64,000 bases of DNA from Vicinamibacterales bacterium. Lineage in GTDB: Bacteria > Acidobacteriota > Vicinamibacteria > Vicinamibacterales > CAVVIG01. Each line of letters opens with the position of its first letter. Positions within the stretch are counted from its first letter, which is position 1. The DNA is taken from positions 423,945-487,944 of the forward strand of contig CBDDJX010000002.1 in assembly GCA_965229885.1 (NCBI GenBank), given 5' to 3'. Position numbers and translations under genes: made by a program. The notes beneath the pieces were generated by a model. It saw only the letters and a list, made by a program, of their open reading frames with translations. It was not told the origin of the DNA and did not search any database. Shown here in pieces: positions 32,008-42,563 of the stretch.

Positions 32008-33015
32008 TCAGACCTGCCGTTCCACGCCCGGCTGCCTGGAGCCCACGTCCTGCGGACTGCGCCAGAAATCCATCATTGAGACGCGGTGCACGCAGCCGAC
32101 CGTGCAGTAGGGCGCGCAGGCTTTGCGTGTGTCGAACTCGCGCTTGATGTCGTCGATCGAATACGACTCGAGCGGCACACCGGGGTACCCGCGCTGCTGC
32201 GAGCAGTAGTGGACCAGGCCCTCCTCGCAGACATAGAGGTAGCGCGCACCGGCACGGCAGCGCCATTCGTTCGGCTTCCCGTCCGCAAGGTTGTCCTGGA
32301 AGCCGCGGATGCCCGAATAGAGATTCTTGACCACCTGCCACGGACCGTTGATGGCCGCCGACACCTCGTCGTAGACCTTGCGCTCGGCGTCGCCGAGCGG
32401 CTTGAGCCGCCCGGCGCTGTCGTGGATGATGCCAATCGAGGTGGAGAAGCCGAGATCGCGCGCGCGATTGTTGATGGTGCGCGCGTCCTCCGAGTTCCTG
32501 ATGCCGCCGCCGACGACCGAGTTGATGTTGACGTCGAAGGTGCCATACGTCTTGAGATCCTGCAGTTTCTTGTCGAGTACGCGGAGGCTCTTCTTTGACA
32601 CCTCGTCGGGGTCGACGTTGTCGATGCTGATCTGCAGAAAATCGAGTCCGGCGCGGTTCAGGGCCTCGATGCGTTTCGGCACCAGAAAATAGCCGTTCGT
32701 AATCAGGCCGGCCATCATGCCGCGGGCGCGGATATGTCGAAGCAGCTCGTCGAGGTCCGGATGCAGCATCGGCTCGCCGCCGCTGAACGCGACGACCGAC
32801 GTGCCGAGTTTGGCCAGTTTGTCGATGCGCCGCTTCATGGCGGCGGTCGGCACCGGCTCGGACACCTTGTCGTACTCGTTGCAGTAGGCGCAGTCGATGT
32901 TGCAGCGGCGGATGGGGATGATCTGGACGAGCAGCGGATGGGACGTGTGGGTCAGCCCGCGCAGAAATTCCCGCGCCGATCGGCACTTGCGGCTTGCCGT
33001 CGTGGAAATGGCCAA
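32008..33015 (-). CDS. Radical SAM protein with C-terminal Cys cluster
   Basis: CNIDCAYC, GGEP, TNG; CRAG..YCS..CAPYCTVGC. Confidence 0.88.
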   Translation of the reverse strand: MAISTTASRKCRSAREFLRGLTHTSHPLLVQIIPIRRCNIDCAYCNEYDKVSEPVPTAAMKRRIDKLAKLGTSVVAFSGGEPMLHPDLDELLRHIRARGMMAGLITNGYFLVPKRIEALNRAGLDFLQISIDNVDPDEVSKKSLRVLDKKLQDLKTYGTFDVNINSVVGGGIRNSEDARTINNRARDLGFSTSIGIIHDSAGRLKPLGDAERKVYDEVSAAINGPWQVVKNLYSGIRGFQDNLADGKPNEWRCRAGARYLYVCEEGLVHYCSQQRGYPGVPLESYSIDDIKREFDTRKACAPYCTVGCVHRVSMMDFWRSPQDVGSRQPGVERQV

Positions 33016-33033
33016 GATCCCGAAATTATAGCA

Positions 33034-34020
33034 TCAGGCGAAGGCGCTATCGGCCCTGAGACGCCGCATCTGTTCGCCGATCTTGATCGACCCCTTCAGG
33101 AGGGCGCTGACGGGAATCACCCCCAGCAGCCGATGCCGTCCGATCGCCGCGAGCCCGGCTGACGCGATGCATCCACAATTGCTGCAGTTGGGCGCGCCGC
33201 CGAATTGGCACGGCGAGATGCTCGTCTTGAGGTCGGCCGAGATCGTCGTCGTCATGCGCGCAAACACGCATCCGTCCGGGGGTTGTGGAGGGTCGGCGTA
33301 CACGGCGAGAAGCTCGTTCGGCAGCAACAGCTTCGGGTACCGATGCCGCATGGCGTGCAGATCGCTGATGACGCGCTTGCGGTCGTCCGGGCGGAGGATT
33401 TCGTCGGAGACCTCGCCGATCTGCGGTGTGTAGAGACTGTGCAAGATCTTCAGGACTTCGGGTCGCGCCGACCAGAAGGCGAGAAAGTCTGCGATGTATC
33501 CCCGCCGGTGCACCTACTGGCGCGTGATCGTGCAGTGGACCGAGATCCGATGGCCGGCGATGTTCTTGAGGATGCGCTCGTACGTGGCCGGCGTCCGCCG
33601 TGCGTCGTGTTCGGACTGGAGGCCGTCGATGGAGACGGTCAGCGAAAAGCGAGGCAGGTCGTGCCACTCGAGCGGCATGTCGCGCACCGCACTCGTGACC
33701 AGCTGCACGTGAATCCCGCGCTGCGACAGCAGCGGGAGCAGCGTGTTCAGCTCGCGGAGGCGCACCAGCGGTTCGCCGCCGACGATCGACAGATGGAGGG
33801 GGCGATGGCGATCGACGAGCGCGAGGACGCCGTCAACCAGTTCCTGCCCCTTGAAATCGCGGACCTCACGCAACGTGACTGCGCCACCCAGGTGATCGTC
33901 GCCGTACGCGTAGCAGCCGGGACAATGCAGCGGTCACTCGCGTGTGATCTCGATGGACAGCGCCGGGATATAACCCCGTAGCACGCTGCCCCACGACTCG
34001 AGCACCGCCTGTAGCTCCAT
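33034..34020 (-). pseudogene. Radical SAM gene with in-frame TGA (33934-33936) and TAG (33514-33516)
   Basis: Single frame: MELQAVLESW..EITRE*PLHCPGCY..GGEPLVR..CTITRQ*VHRRGY..CQFGGAPNCSNCGC. Confidence 0.82.
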
Positions 34021-34067
34021 CGTGCAACTATAGCAGTGCTGCTAATCTTATGTGCGAATGACTGGGC

Positions 34068-34460
34068 ATGATTAGAAGGGGGCGATCGCGGATCCAGGGA
34101 TGGGGCGTGTACGCGACGAAAGAGATCCCGAAGAACACGCGCATCATTCACTACGCGGGCGAGAAAATTTGCAATCAGGAAAGCCTGAGGCGCGAGCGGC
34201 GCTACATCCGGCGCGGCCACATTTGGTGCTTCAAGCTGACAAACCGGTCCGTCATCGACGCGGGCGTTGGCGGCAATGTCGCGCGATACGTCAATCATGC
34301 CTGCCGGCCGAACAGCTACATCGATATCAAGGACGGCGTGATCTGGATCCGCGCCGCGCGAACGATCCGACGAGGCGAGGAGATCACGTACCACTACCAC
34401 ACCGACGGCGAGGGGCTCATTATGTGCCGGTGCCGTCTCGGGTGTCAGACTCTGCTCTGA
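34068..34460 (+). CDS. SET domain protein (lysine methyltransferase fold)
   Basis: GWGVYA, YAGE, ARYVNHACRPN, GEEITYHY, post-SET CRC..GC. Confidence 0.9.
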   Translation: MIRRGRSRIQGWGVYATKEIPKNTRIIHYAGEKICNQESLRRERRYIRRGHIWCFKLTNRSVIDAGVGGNVARYVNHACRPNSYIDIKDGVIWIRAARTIRRGEEITYHYHTDGEGLIMCRCRLGCQTLL

Positions 34461-35012
34461 TGGGGCCGTCCATCTTCCTTACTACCTGCATGGATTCGCC
34501 TCTTCGGCGAACTCCACCAACGCGTCGTACCTGGGCGAGCAGTTGCGGCGGCTGGCCGCGAGCCCGCGACACTCATCGGATCGAGCCTCGGCGGCACGCT
34601 CGCGATCCTTGCCGCGTCATCGTTCGGCGAGCGCGTCGAACGGCTGGTGCTGCTGGCCCCGGCCGTCATGTTCGCAAAGGAGGGCCACCACCTGCTCCCG
34701 CCGGGGCGCATTGCCGAGTGGCGGCGGCTCGGACGGCTGCCCTTCTTCCATTACGCGGACAACGCCGACCGGATGCTCAACTTCACGTTCTACGAAGACA
34801 GCTTCTGGTACAATCCGTTCGACGTGGCGTTTCCGCAGCCGACGTTCATCTTCCAGGGGCTGCGCGACGCGTCGGTGGATTCGCCGACGGTTGAAGCCTT
34901 TGCTCGGGTACGGCCGACCGTCGCGCTGTCGCTGCTCGAGGACGATCATTCGTTGACCAACAGCCTGCCCCGCATCTGGGATGGTATTTCGGCGTTTCTG
35001 GAGGTGCTGTGA
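34460..35012 (+). pseudogene. YqiA/YcfP-like alpha/beta hydrolase, frameshifted and internally shortened
   Basis: YYLHGFASSA, then a different frame LIGSSLGG..LLAPA..QGLRDASV..DDHSL. Confidence 0.72.
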
Positions 35013-36577
35013 GCGATCGCGTCGCCACGGAGGCGCGGAGATCACGCAGGGAACTCCTGGTCCTGCTCGGGGGCCTCTGTGCTGCCGGGGTGAAGGGAGC
35101 CAGATCCTCGGCCTTTCAGGGCGCCGTCGACGACGCCGGGACGATCGATCTGCGCATTGGCTTTGCCCGTCCAGGCGGCGGCTACGCGATCCAGGCGCTG
35201 CCGCTCGAAACCTACATCGCGCGCGTCCTCGCCGGCGAGGCGGCCCGCGACAGCCCGGCGGTCGCGCTCGAGGTGCTGGCCATCACCATCCGCACTTTCG
35301 CGCTCGGCAATCGCGATCGGCACCGCGCCGATGGATTCGATCTCTGTGACGAGACGCACTGCCAGGTCGCGCGCACGGCCACGTCCGCGACGACCCGGGC
35401 TGCACAGGCGACCGCCGGCCAGGTGCTGATGCGGAATGGCGCGATCGCGTCGGTGTTCTACAGCGCGTCCTGCGGCGGACGCACGGAGATTCCGTCCCAC
35501 GTCTGGCCGGGCGCCGACGACCCGCCCTACCTTCCGTCGAGCGACGATGCCGCGTGCGGCGGCGCCCCGGTGTGGGAGGCGGCGCTCGATGAGGCCGACC
35601 TGCTGCGCGCCTTTCGCGCGGCTGGTTTTCGCGGCGACCGATTCCGCGGGATGCGCATCGCCTCACGAAATGATTCGGGACGTGTCGCCCGTCTCAGCCT
35701 CGAAGGGCTGACACCGCCTGAGATTTCAGGCCAGGACCTCCGCGTCGTCGTGGGGCGAACGCTCGGCTGGCAACACATCAAGAGCACCAGTTTCGAGCTG
35801 CGCCGGCAGGGAGCCCGGGGAGCCCGGGGAGTGGTGTATCGTTTTGGCGGCCATGGGTCGGGGCACGGCGTCGGCCTCTGTGTCATCGGATCGACCAACC
35901 TCGCCGCGCGCGGCGTCAGCGCCCCTGCCATTCTGGCAAAGTACTTTCCAGGCACTGACATCGCGAGCGCCGGGCCCCGGCTGACGCCTGACGTGGCTCG
36001 CATCGGGCCCGGTGCTCCGCGCGTCTCGACGTTCGGCGTGCTCGTCTCGCTGCCCGACGATGACGAGGGCGAGCGAATGGCGATTACGCGGCTGACCGCA
36101 CAAGCGCGTGACGAGATTGCCGGCACCCTCGGCGTTCCGCCTCCGGCGAAGGTCACGCTTCGCTTCCATCCGACGACCGATGACTACGCGCGGGCGACGG
36201 GGCAGTCGTGGTTCACCGCTGGGGCGTGGGTCAGGGACGAATTGCACCTGCTGCCGCTCGCCGTGCTGCGCGAACGCGGTGTGCTGGAGCGCACCATCCG
36301 TCACGAGCTCGTGCACGTGATGGCCGACGGCGTTCTCGGCAAACGCCCGGCCTGGGTGCGCGAAGGCGCCGCGATCTACTTCGTGGGAGAGAGGCCGATT
36401 CCGGGTCAGGGAACGGTCGGCGCCGCCGTGCGTCCGGAGCTTCGCGGCGATTGCCCTCGGGACGACGAGCTGCTGCGTCCCGTCTCGGTCGGCGCGCTGA
36501 GCAACGCCTACGCGCGCGCGCGGTCGTGTTTCGCTCGGCAGATCGCCGCTGGCAAGAGCTGGCGCAACGTGAAATAA
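35009..36577 (+). CDS. SpoIID/LytB domain protein with C-terminal HExxH peptidase-like domain
   Basis: LETYIARVLAGE, DLCDETHCQV, YSASCGG, GSGHGVGLC; RHELVH..WVREG. Confidence 0.85.
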   Translation: MSDRVATEARRSRRELLVLLGGLCAAGVKGARSSAFQGAVDDAGTIDLRIGFARPGGGYAIQALPLETYIARVLAGEAARDSPAVALEVLAITIRTFALGNRDRHRADGFDLCDETHCQVARTATSATTRAAQATAGQVLMRNGAIASVFYSASCGGRTEIPSHVWPGADDPPYLPSSDDAACGGAPVWEAALDEADLLRAFRAAGFRGDRFRGMRIASRNDSGRVARLSLEGLTPPEISGQDLRVVVGRTLGWQHIKSTSFELRRQGARGARGVVYRFGGHGSGHGVGLCVIGSTNLAARGVSAPAILAKYFPGTDIASAGPRLTPDVARIGPGAPRVSTFGVLVSLPDDDEGERMAITRLTAQARDEIAGTLGVPPPAKVTLRFHPTTDDYARATGQSWFTAGAWVRDELHLLPLAVLRERGVLERTIRHELVHVMADGVLGKRPAWVREGAAIYFVGERPIPGQGTVGAAVRPELRGDCPRDDELLRPVSVGALSNAYARARSCFARQIAAGKSWRNVK

Positions 36578-36589
36578 CGGCGGATCTGC

Positions 36590-37274
36590 GTGTCGAGCCA
36601 TAAGTAAGTGTTACCGGGCGGCGCGTCGTCGCGCCATGTTTGGTGTTACCGACGGGGAGAGGTCTTTGAGCGACAGGGCCGCGGAGACCCGCGCGGTCTT
36701 TGCGTGTGTCTCCGCGGCCCCCGCCGTCGAGGGCACCAGCCCGCGCCGATGATTCGCGAGGGCATAAACCCGCGCGAGCTTGCGGTCAATGCGCGCCGCG
36801 AGCGCGAACGGATCGAGCCGGTCCCGCTGGCGCACGAGCGCCACCACCTTCGCGGCGTGGGCCTGCGGGCAGGCCTGGACGCGCTCCAACGGGGTCTGCG
36901 GGCGCGTCGTAGTACCGGCGCAGGCGGGACCACGGATAGCCCGCCGCGACCCAGACCGCCCGGAGTGCCCGCACCACCGCGGCGTCATAGCGCGTGTGTC
37001 GGCCCCGACGCGGGCCCCGCGGGGGCCGCACGGCTGGCCGCCGCCAGGCCCGAATGATCGCCTTCCGATGGTAGCCCGTCACCGTCACCGCCTCTGTGAG
37101 CACGCGCCCCTTCTCCGTCCGCGAGGCCCCCACGTACCGGTCCCGCATCGGCGCCAAATGCTCCGGCCTCGCCTGTGGTCCCACGCGGGTGCCCTCCTGT
37201 GGCACACCCGCTTGGGTAACACCCTTTAGGGCGCGACGATCTTTCCTTCGGTCACACTTACCATGGCGCGATAC
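36590..37274 (-). mobile_element. Internally deleted IS (about 685 bp) with paired end repeats and 7-8 bp target duplication
   Basis: Ends GTGTCGAGCCAT / revcomp GTATCGCGCCAT; GATCTGC(G) at 36583 and 37275; transposase N-terminus (KGRVL..TGYHRK) fused to C-terminus (QTPLERV). Confidence 0.75.
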
Positions 37275-37327
37275 GATCTGCGCGTTGGGGGCCCACGTCT
37301 GCTCTATAATAGGACGAAAGGTGACCT

Positions 37328-38296
37328 ATGCTGATTAAGCGCCCCGCGGATATCCGCAGCTCGGAAATCACCGACAAGACAACCTATCTCAATCGGCGGG
37401 ACTTCGTTCGCGCGGCCACGGGCACCGTGGCGCTCGCGGCGGCCGGGGCCTTCGGCGCCGAGGCGCTGCTGCACGCGCAGTCGCCCGCCCCGCACGGCAC
37501 GAAGTTTCCGAACGTCAAGCCGAGTGAGTTCGGCACGACCGAGAAGCAGAACACGTGGGAGCAGATCACCACGTACAACAATTACTACGAGTTCGGGACC
37601 GACAAGGGCTCGCCGGCCCGCTACGCGCGGGGGCTCAAGCCGGCGCCCTGGTCGGTGGCGGTCGAAGGCGAAGTGGCCAAGCCGGCCGTCTGGCACCTCG
37701 AGGACATTCTCAAGGGGCAGACGCTCGAGGATCGGATCTACCGGCATCGTTGCGTCGAGGCCTGGTCGATGGTGATCCCCTGGGTCGGTTTTCCGCTCGC
37801 CGACTTCATCAAGAAGGTCCAGCCGACGGCCAAAGCCAAGTTCGTCGAGTTCACGACGCTCGCCGATGCCGACCAGATGCCCGGCATCCGCTTTCCCAGT
37901 CTGCGCTGGCCGTACGTTGAAGGGCTGCGCATGGACGAGGCGATGCATCCGCTGACGATCCTGGTCGTTGGGCTGTACGGCGAGGTCCTGCCGAATCAGA
38001 ACGGCGCGCCGCTCCGCGTCGCGAGCCCCTGGAAATACGGCTTCAAGCACGCCAAGTCGATCGTGAAGATCCGCTTCGTCGAGCAGCAGCCGATGAACAG
38101 TTGGCAGCGGGCGCAGTCGAACGAGTACGGCTTCTACGCCAACGTGAATCCGACCGTCCACCACCCGCGGTGGAGCCAGGCGAAGGAAACCCGTCTGCCA
38201 GCCCTGTTCAGAACGCACACAACCCAGATGTTCAACGGGTACGGCGACCAGGTGGCAAACCTGTACAGCGGTATGGATCTGAAGAAGAACTTCTAG
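37328..38296 (+). CDS. msrP: Protein-methionine-sulfoxide reductase catalytic subunit
   Basis: Tat NRRDFV, YNNYYEFG, RCVEAWSMVIPW, PWKYGFK, EYGFYANVNP; TATAAT at 37305. Confidence 0.95.
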   Translation: MLIKRPADIRSSEITDKTTYLNRRDFVRAATGTVALAAAGAFGAEALLHAQSPAPHGTKFPNVKPSEFGTTEKQNTWEQITTYNNYYEFGTDKGSPARYARGLKPAPWSVAVEGEVAKPAVWHLEDILKGQTLEDRIYRHRCVEAWSMVIPWVGFPLADFIKKVQPTAKAKFVEFTTLADADQMPGIRFPSLRWPYVEGLRMDEAMHPLTILVVGLYGEVLPNQNGAPLRVASPWKYGFKHAKSIVKIRFVEQQPMNSWQRAQSNEYGFYANVNPTVHHPRWSQAKETRLPALFRTHTTQMFNGYGDQVANLYSGMDLKKNF

Positions 38297-38306
38297 CCCT
38301 GGCCTC

Positions 38307-39017
38307 GTGACCGAGAACCAGATCACACGCTGGCTGCTGAAGCCGGCGGTGTCCGTTGCCGCCCTCGTGCCGGCGGCCATTCTCGTCTACCTCACGTGGG
38401 CCGCGTACAACGGGAACCAGAGTGCGTGGCCCGCGCTGACGGGTAATCTGAGCGCCAATCCCCTCGAAGACATCACGCACCAGACCGGCGATTGGGCGCT
38501 GCGTTTTCTCTGCATCACGCTGGCGGTCACGCCGCTGCGCTGGCTAACGGGGTGGAACGGCGCGATCCGCTTCCGCCGTATGCTGGGTCTGTTCGCGTTC
38601 TTCTACGCGACGCTCCATTTCCTGATCTATGCGTTGGTCGATCGCTTCGCCAGCCTCGACTTCACCAGCGGGATGGTGTCGTGGGCGGCCGCGCGCGCGC
38701 TGGGGGCTTGGATCGTCGACGACATCTACGAGCGGCCGTTCATCACGATCGGGTTCGCGGCATATATTGCCATGTGGCCGCTCGCCCTCACGTCGACCAC
38801 CGGCATGATCCGCCGCCTCGGCGGGCGTCGCTGGCAGCGGCTGCACCGGTTGATCTATGTCTCCGCCGTCGCCGCCGTGATTCATTACCTGTGGCTCGTC
38901 AAGTCGGACATCCGGCATCCGGCGACCTACGGTGTGATCGTCGCGATCCTGTTGGGACTCCGCCTGTATTGGGCTCGCATCCACAGACGCCCCGCGGCCG
39001 CTCGGATACCCGGATAA
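38307..39017 (+). CDS. msrQ: Heme-binding membrane subunit
   Basis: TGDWAL, RRMLGLFAFFY..LHF, WQRLHRLIY. Confidence 0.92.
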   Translation: MTENQITRWLLKPAVSVAALVPAAILVYLTWAAYNGNQSAWPALTGNLSANPLEDITHQTGDWALRFLCITLAVTPLRWLTGWNGAIRFRRMLGLFAFFYATLHFLIYALVDRFASLDFTSGMVSWAAARALGAWIVDDIYERPFITIGFAAYIAMWPLALTSTTGMIRRLGGRRWQRLHRLIYVSAVAAVIHYLWLVKSDIRHPATYGVIVAILLGLRLYWARIHRRPAAARIPG

Positions 39018-39023
39018 CGGCAG

Positions 39024-40001
39024 CTATCGACGCGGAAGCCATGTGGCTACCTGAGCAAAGTCCACATTGCCGCCGGTGAGGATCACGCCGACGCGGGCGC
39101 CCGCCATGGCGACGGTGCCCTGCAGCGCCGCGGCCGCCCCGAGCGCACCCGTCGGTTCGACGACGAGCTTCAGCCGCTCCCATAACAGGAACATCGTCTG
39201 CAGCAGCGTCGCATCATCAACGGTGATCATGTCGCTCACGTACTGCAGGACGAGCGGGAAGGTCAGCGAACCCAGCGAAGGCGTGCGTGCGCCGTCGGCC
39301 ACCGTTTGCGGGTTGTCCACGGTCTGCAGCTGTTTCGTCCGAAACGATCGTGTCGCATCGTCGCCGGCCGCCGGTTCGACGCCGATCACGCGGCAGCGCG
39401 GGGCCAGCGCGCGCGCGGCGATGGCGCTGCCCGACAGCAGCCCTCCACCACCGCACGGAACAAACAGAAGATCGAGTGGGCCCGATTCTTCGAACAGCTC
39501 GACGGCCACCGTGCCCTGACCGGCGATGACGTCTGCGTGGTCGTACGGCGGAATCACCGTGAGGCCGCGCTCCCGCGCAACACGACGTCCTATCGCTTCG
39601 CGGTCGTCGCGCTCGCGATCGTAGCGAATGACTTCACCGCCGTATTCTTCCGTCGCCTGTCGCTTGACTGCCGGTGCGTCGGTTGGCATGACGATGACGC
39701 GTGGGATGCCAAGCACGTGGCCCGCGAGCGCCACCGCCTGCGCGTGATTGCCTGACGAGAATGTGAGGACGCCTCGCCGCCGTTCGTCGGCAGACAGCCG
39801 CGACATCGCGTTGTAGGCGCCGCGGAATTTGAACGCGCCGCCGCGCTGAAGGTTTTCGCACTTGAAATACAGCTGCGTCCCCGTGCGATTGTTCAACGTT
39901 TGCGATGTGACGATCGGCGTGCGATGCATGACGCCGGCGAGCTGCCGGGCGGCGTCCTGAATGTCGGCGAAGGTGGGGCGGATCGGCGACATCGGCGGCA
40001 T
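39024..40001 (-). CDS. PLP-dependent threonine/serine dehydratase family (threo-3-hydroxyaspartate ammonia-lyase-like)
   Basis: KCENLQRGGAFKFRGA, SSGNHAQ, GGGGLLSG, TGGN. Confidence 0.9.
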   Translation of the reverse strand: MPPMSPIRPTFADIQDAARQLAGVMHRTPIVTSQTLNNRTGTQLYFKCENLQRGGAFKFRGAYNAMSRLSADERRRGVLTFSSGNHAQAVALAGHVLGIPRVIVMPTDAPAVKRQATEEYGGEVIRYDRERDDREAIGRRVARERGLTVIPPYDHADVIAGQGTVAVELFEESGPLDLLFVPCGGGGLLSGSAIAARALAPRCRVIGVEPAAGDDATRSFRTKQLQTVDNPQTVADGARTPSLGSLTFPLVLQYVSDMITVDDATLLQTMFLLWERLKLVVEPTGALGAAAALQGTVAMAGARVGVILTGGNVDFAQVATWLPRR

Positions 40002-40040
40002 AAGGGGGCGCTATGCTATCATCAGGGTTCTCCAGAGTGA

Positions 40041-40117
<77 letters not shown>

Positions 40118-40127
40118 ACTTCCCCCT

Positions 40128-40590
40128 TTATCTATTGACGGTTTCTGCGAAGACGATACCCGTCTCCCCACAGTCTCCCCGACTGGGCAGGACCGCAGAG
40201 GAATCCAGCAGGCGAATCGCGCTCTCAACTGCCGCTGGACTGACGTGCATATATCGTTGGGTGGTCGAAAGATCCTGATGGCCGGCAAGTTCCTGGATGG
40301 CTCGTGCCCCCGCGCCCTTCATCGCCAGATGCGAGCAGAACGTGTGCCTGAGCACATGGACGCCGACGTCCTTGAGCTTGGCCCGTCGTGCTGATCTCAG
40401 GACCAGCCCCTGAACCGCTCGCTGGTTCAATGACGTGCCGTCGTTAGCACAAAGCACCGCTCGGTCCGCGAAGGTGGCGATGTTCACGCAGGGCCTTAGC
40501 GAGGCGAGCCGTGAGGGGCACGTAGCGCAGCCGGCCACCCTTCGGGCTCGTGACATGACCTTTCCACTCAGAACGCTCAACGCACAGACG
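40128..40590 (-). pseudogene. Tyrosine recombinase C-terminal remnant, frameshifted
   Basis: PKGGRLRYVPL, then HVLRHTFCSHL..LAGH..TTQRY; abuts tRNA 3' end. Confidence 0.85.
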
Positions 40591-40818
40591 CCGCCACAGA
40601 CGGCGAAAAGACTGGGCGTGTCTCCGGCAACCGCCCATCGGTGGCTCTCCGAGTCGAGAAATCCGCGCAGCTCTGCGGGACGGGGCGCAGCTCTGTTGCC
40701 ATAGACCCCGACGATGTGTCATGGTCTTCCGTCGAGTAGAATTCCTCTAACATCGGCCTCGGTCCTGGGGCTGGCTGGGACGGCGAGGGCCTACAACGTT
40801 AACGGTTAGGAGGTCACC

Positions 40819-41133
40819 ATGAGAGCACTGATTCACGTCAAGCTGCCCGTTGAACCCTTTAACAGTGCGGTCCGCAAGGGCACGATTGGAGACACCATCA
40901 AGCGCATCCTGGACGACACGAAGCCAGAGACCGTGTATTTCACGGAGTACAACGGGTAGCGTGGAGCCGTCTTGATCGTTGACGTGGCGGATTCGTCGAA
41001 GGTCCCGGCCATCGCGGAGCCCTGGTTCCTGTCCTTCAACGCGCAGGTGGAATTCCACATCGTGATGAGCCCGGAGGAACTCGGTCGGGCTGGCATCGAC
41101 GCCATGGCGAAGAAGTGGCCTGCCGCTGGGTAA
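40819..41133 (+). pseudogene. Small conserved-looking protein with in-frame TAG at 40957
   Basis: AGGAGG RBS; KPETVYFTEYNG*RGAVLIVD..IAEPWFLSFNAQVEF continues in frame. Confidence 0.65.
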
Positions 41134-41203
41134 TTCTTCACTGTCTCGAAAACCCCTCCGACTTTCGCTCCGCCAACTGCCTAAATCGTTGGCAGAATAG
41201 GGG

Positions 41204-42457
41204 TGGCCTTCGCCAAAACCGTTGCGGCATGCGAGCGACACCTCCTCAGGGGACGTGACGAACACGAGTCGCGGGAATCTCCGGACGCTCACCCGCGGCC
41301 GCGCTGTGCATACACGGGCGACACCTCAAGCGCATAGCGTACGGTCGACCGAGGGCGTCAGGCGGCGCGTCGTTCGTAGCGATGGTGTAATCCGCCGACT
41401 TCCCGGAACGCGACCACGGCACCTTCAGCAACGTCCTGGGTGCGTCGTGGCGTGGGCGCGTCTTTATTGAGCGAGAGATGCGTTCGCGAGCCATGATAAT
41501 AGGCGAGATAGCCGGCCATGACGCACCGCAAGTGCCGCTCGCCGAGTACGATCACGTGGTCCAAACACTCGCGCCGGATGGATCCGATCAGCCGCTCCAC
41601 GTACGGATTCTGCCACGGGCTGGATGGACTCGAGAGGACCTCACCGATGCCCATGCCTCCAAGTCGGCGTCGGAACGCGTCGCCATAGATCGCGTCGCGA
41701 TCTCTCAACAGCCATCCTGGCGCGGTGTCATCCGGAAACGCGTCAATCATCTACTGCGCCGTCCAGGCCGCCGTCGGATGTTCCGTGACGTTGACGTGAA
41801 CGATCCGCCGCCGGCGATGCATCAGCACGACGAAGACGAATAGGACTCGGCCCGTGAAGGTCGGTACGGTAAAGAAATCGATCGAGACCAGCGTGGCGAC
41901 GTGATTCGTCAGAAAGGTGCACCACGTCTGTGAGGGCGGACGGCGCGGTCGCCGCACGAGCCGCGAGACGGTTCGCTCCGATACCTTGATGCCCAGTTTG
42001 CCCAACTCGCCGTGGATCCGAGTGGTTCCCCAATGGGGATTCGCGGCGGCCATCTGGTTCACGGGCGTTCGAATGGCGACCTCCGTGCTCGGGCGGCCCG
42101 AACGAATCCGCGCCGACCGCCGGGTCCATCGCCGACGGAGCCACTCGCGATGTCATCGCACGACGGTGTCGGGCTGGACGAGCACGAGCGCCGCGCGCCA
42201 GTGTCGCCACGTCTGAGCCAACACGATCCAAAACAGCCGATCGCGCGTCCGGAGCTTCGGACGGGTGACCGTGCGTCTCAACGCGTTGAGTTGCTGGCGG
42301 AGCGCGAGGTTCTCGAGGACCAGTTCGTGATGTCCGCGACAGGCCAACACCAGCGCCCTGACGAGGACCAAGATCATCTCCCGCACGCGTCGATTCTGTC
42401 GTTCTTCGCGCGGCGAATCAATCCTCACTCATCCCGTGCTGATTTTGGCGAACGACA
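41204..42457 (-). mobile_element. Degenerate integrase-core (IS481-like) element
   Basis: IRs TGGCCTTCGCCAAAACC / TGTCGTTCGCCAAAATC; ENLALRQQL, IDFFTV, RDRD, PWQNPYVERLIGSIRRECLD; stops at 42153 and 41751 plus a frameshift. Confidence 0.8.
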
Positions 42458-42563
42458 GCGTAGCGCAGGTTCACTTGGGTGTCGCGTGCGCCTCACCCGG
42501 GTGTCGAGTGCAGGCTTGAGTCTGCGGTGACGTCGCAGCGGGGGACTGAGGCCCCACGCTCAA

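Noticed and set aside
32008-33015. Assignment as hopanoid or tetraether-lipid radical SAM (HpnH/Tes)
   Set aside because: No supporting neighbours or diagnostic domains visible; left as generic radical SAM.
35808-35830. 9-bp tandem duplication in spoIID (GARGARG)
   Set aside because: A simple in-frame slippage event in a probable loop with no sign of function.
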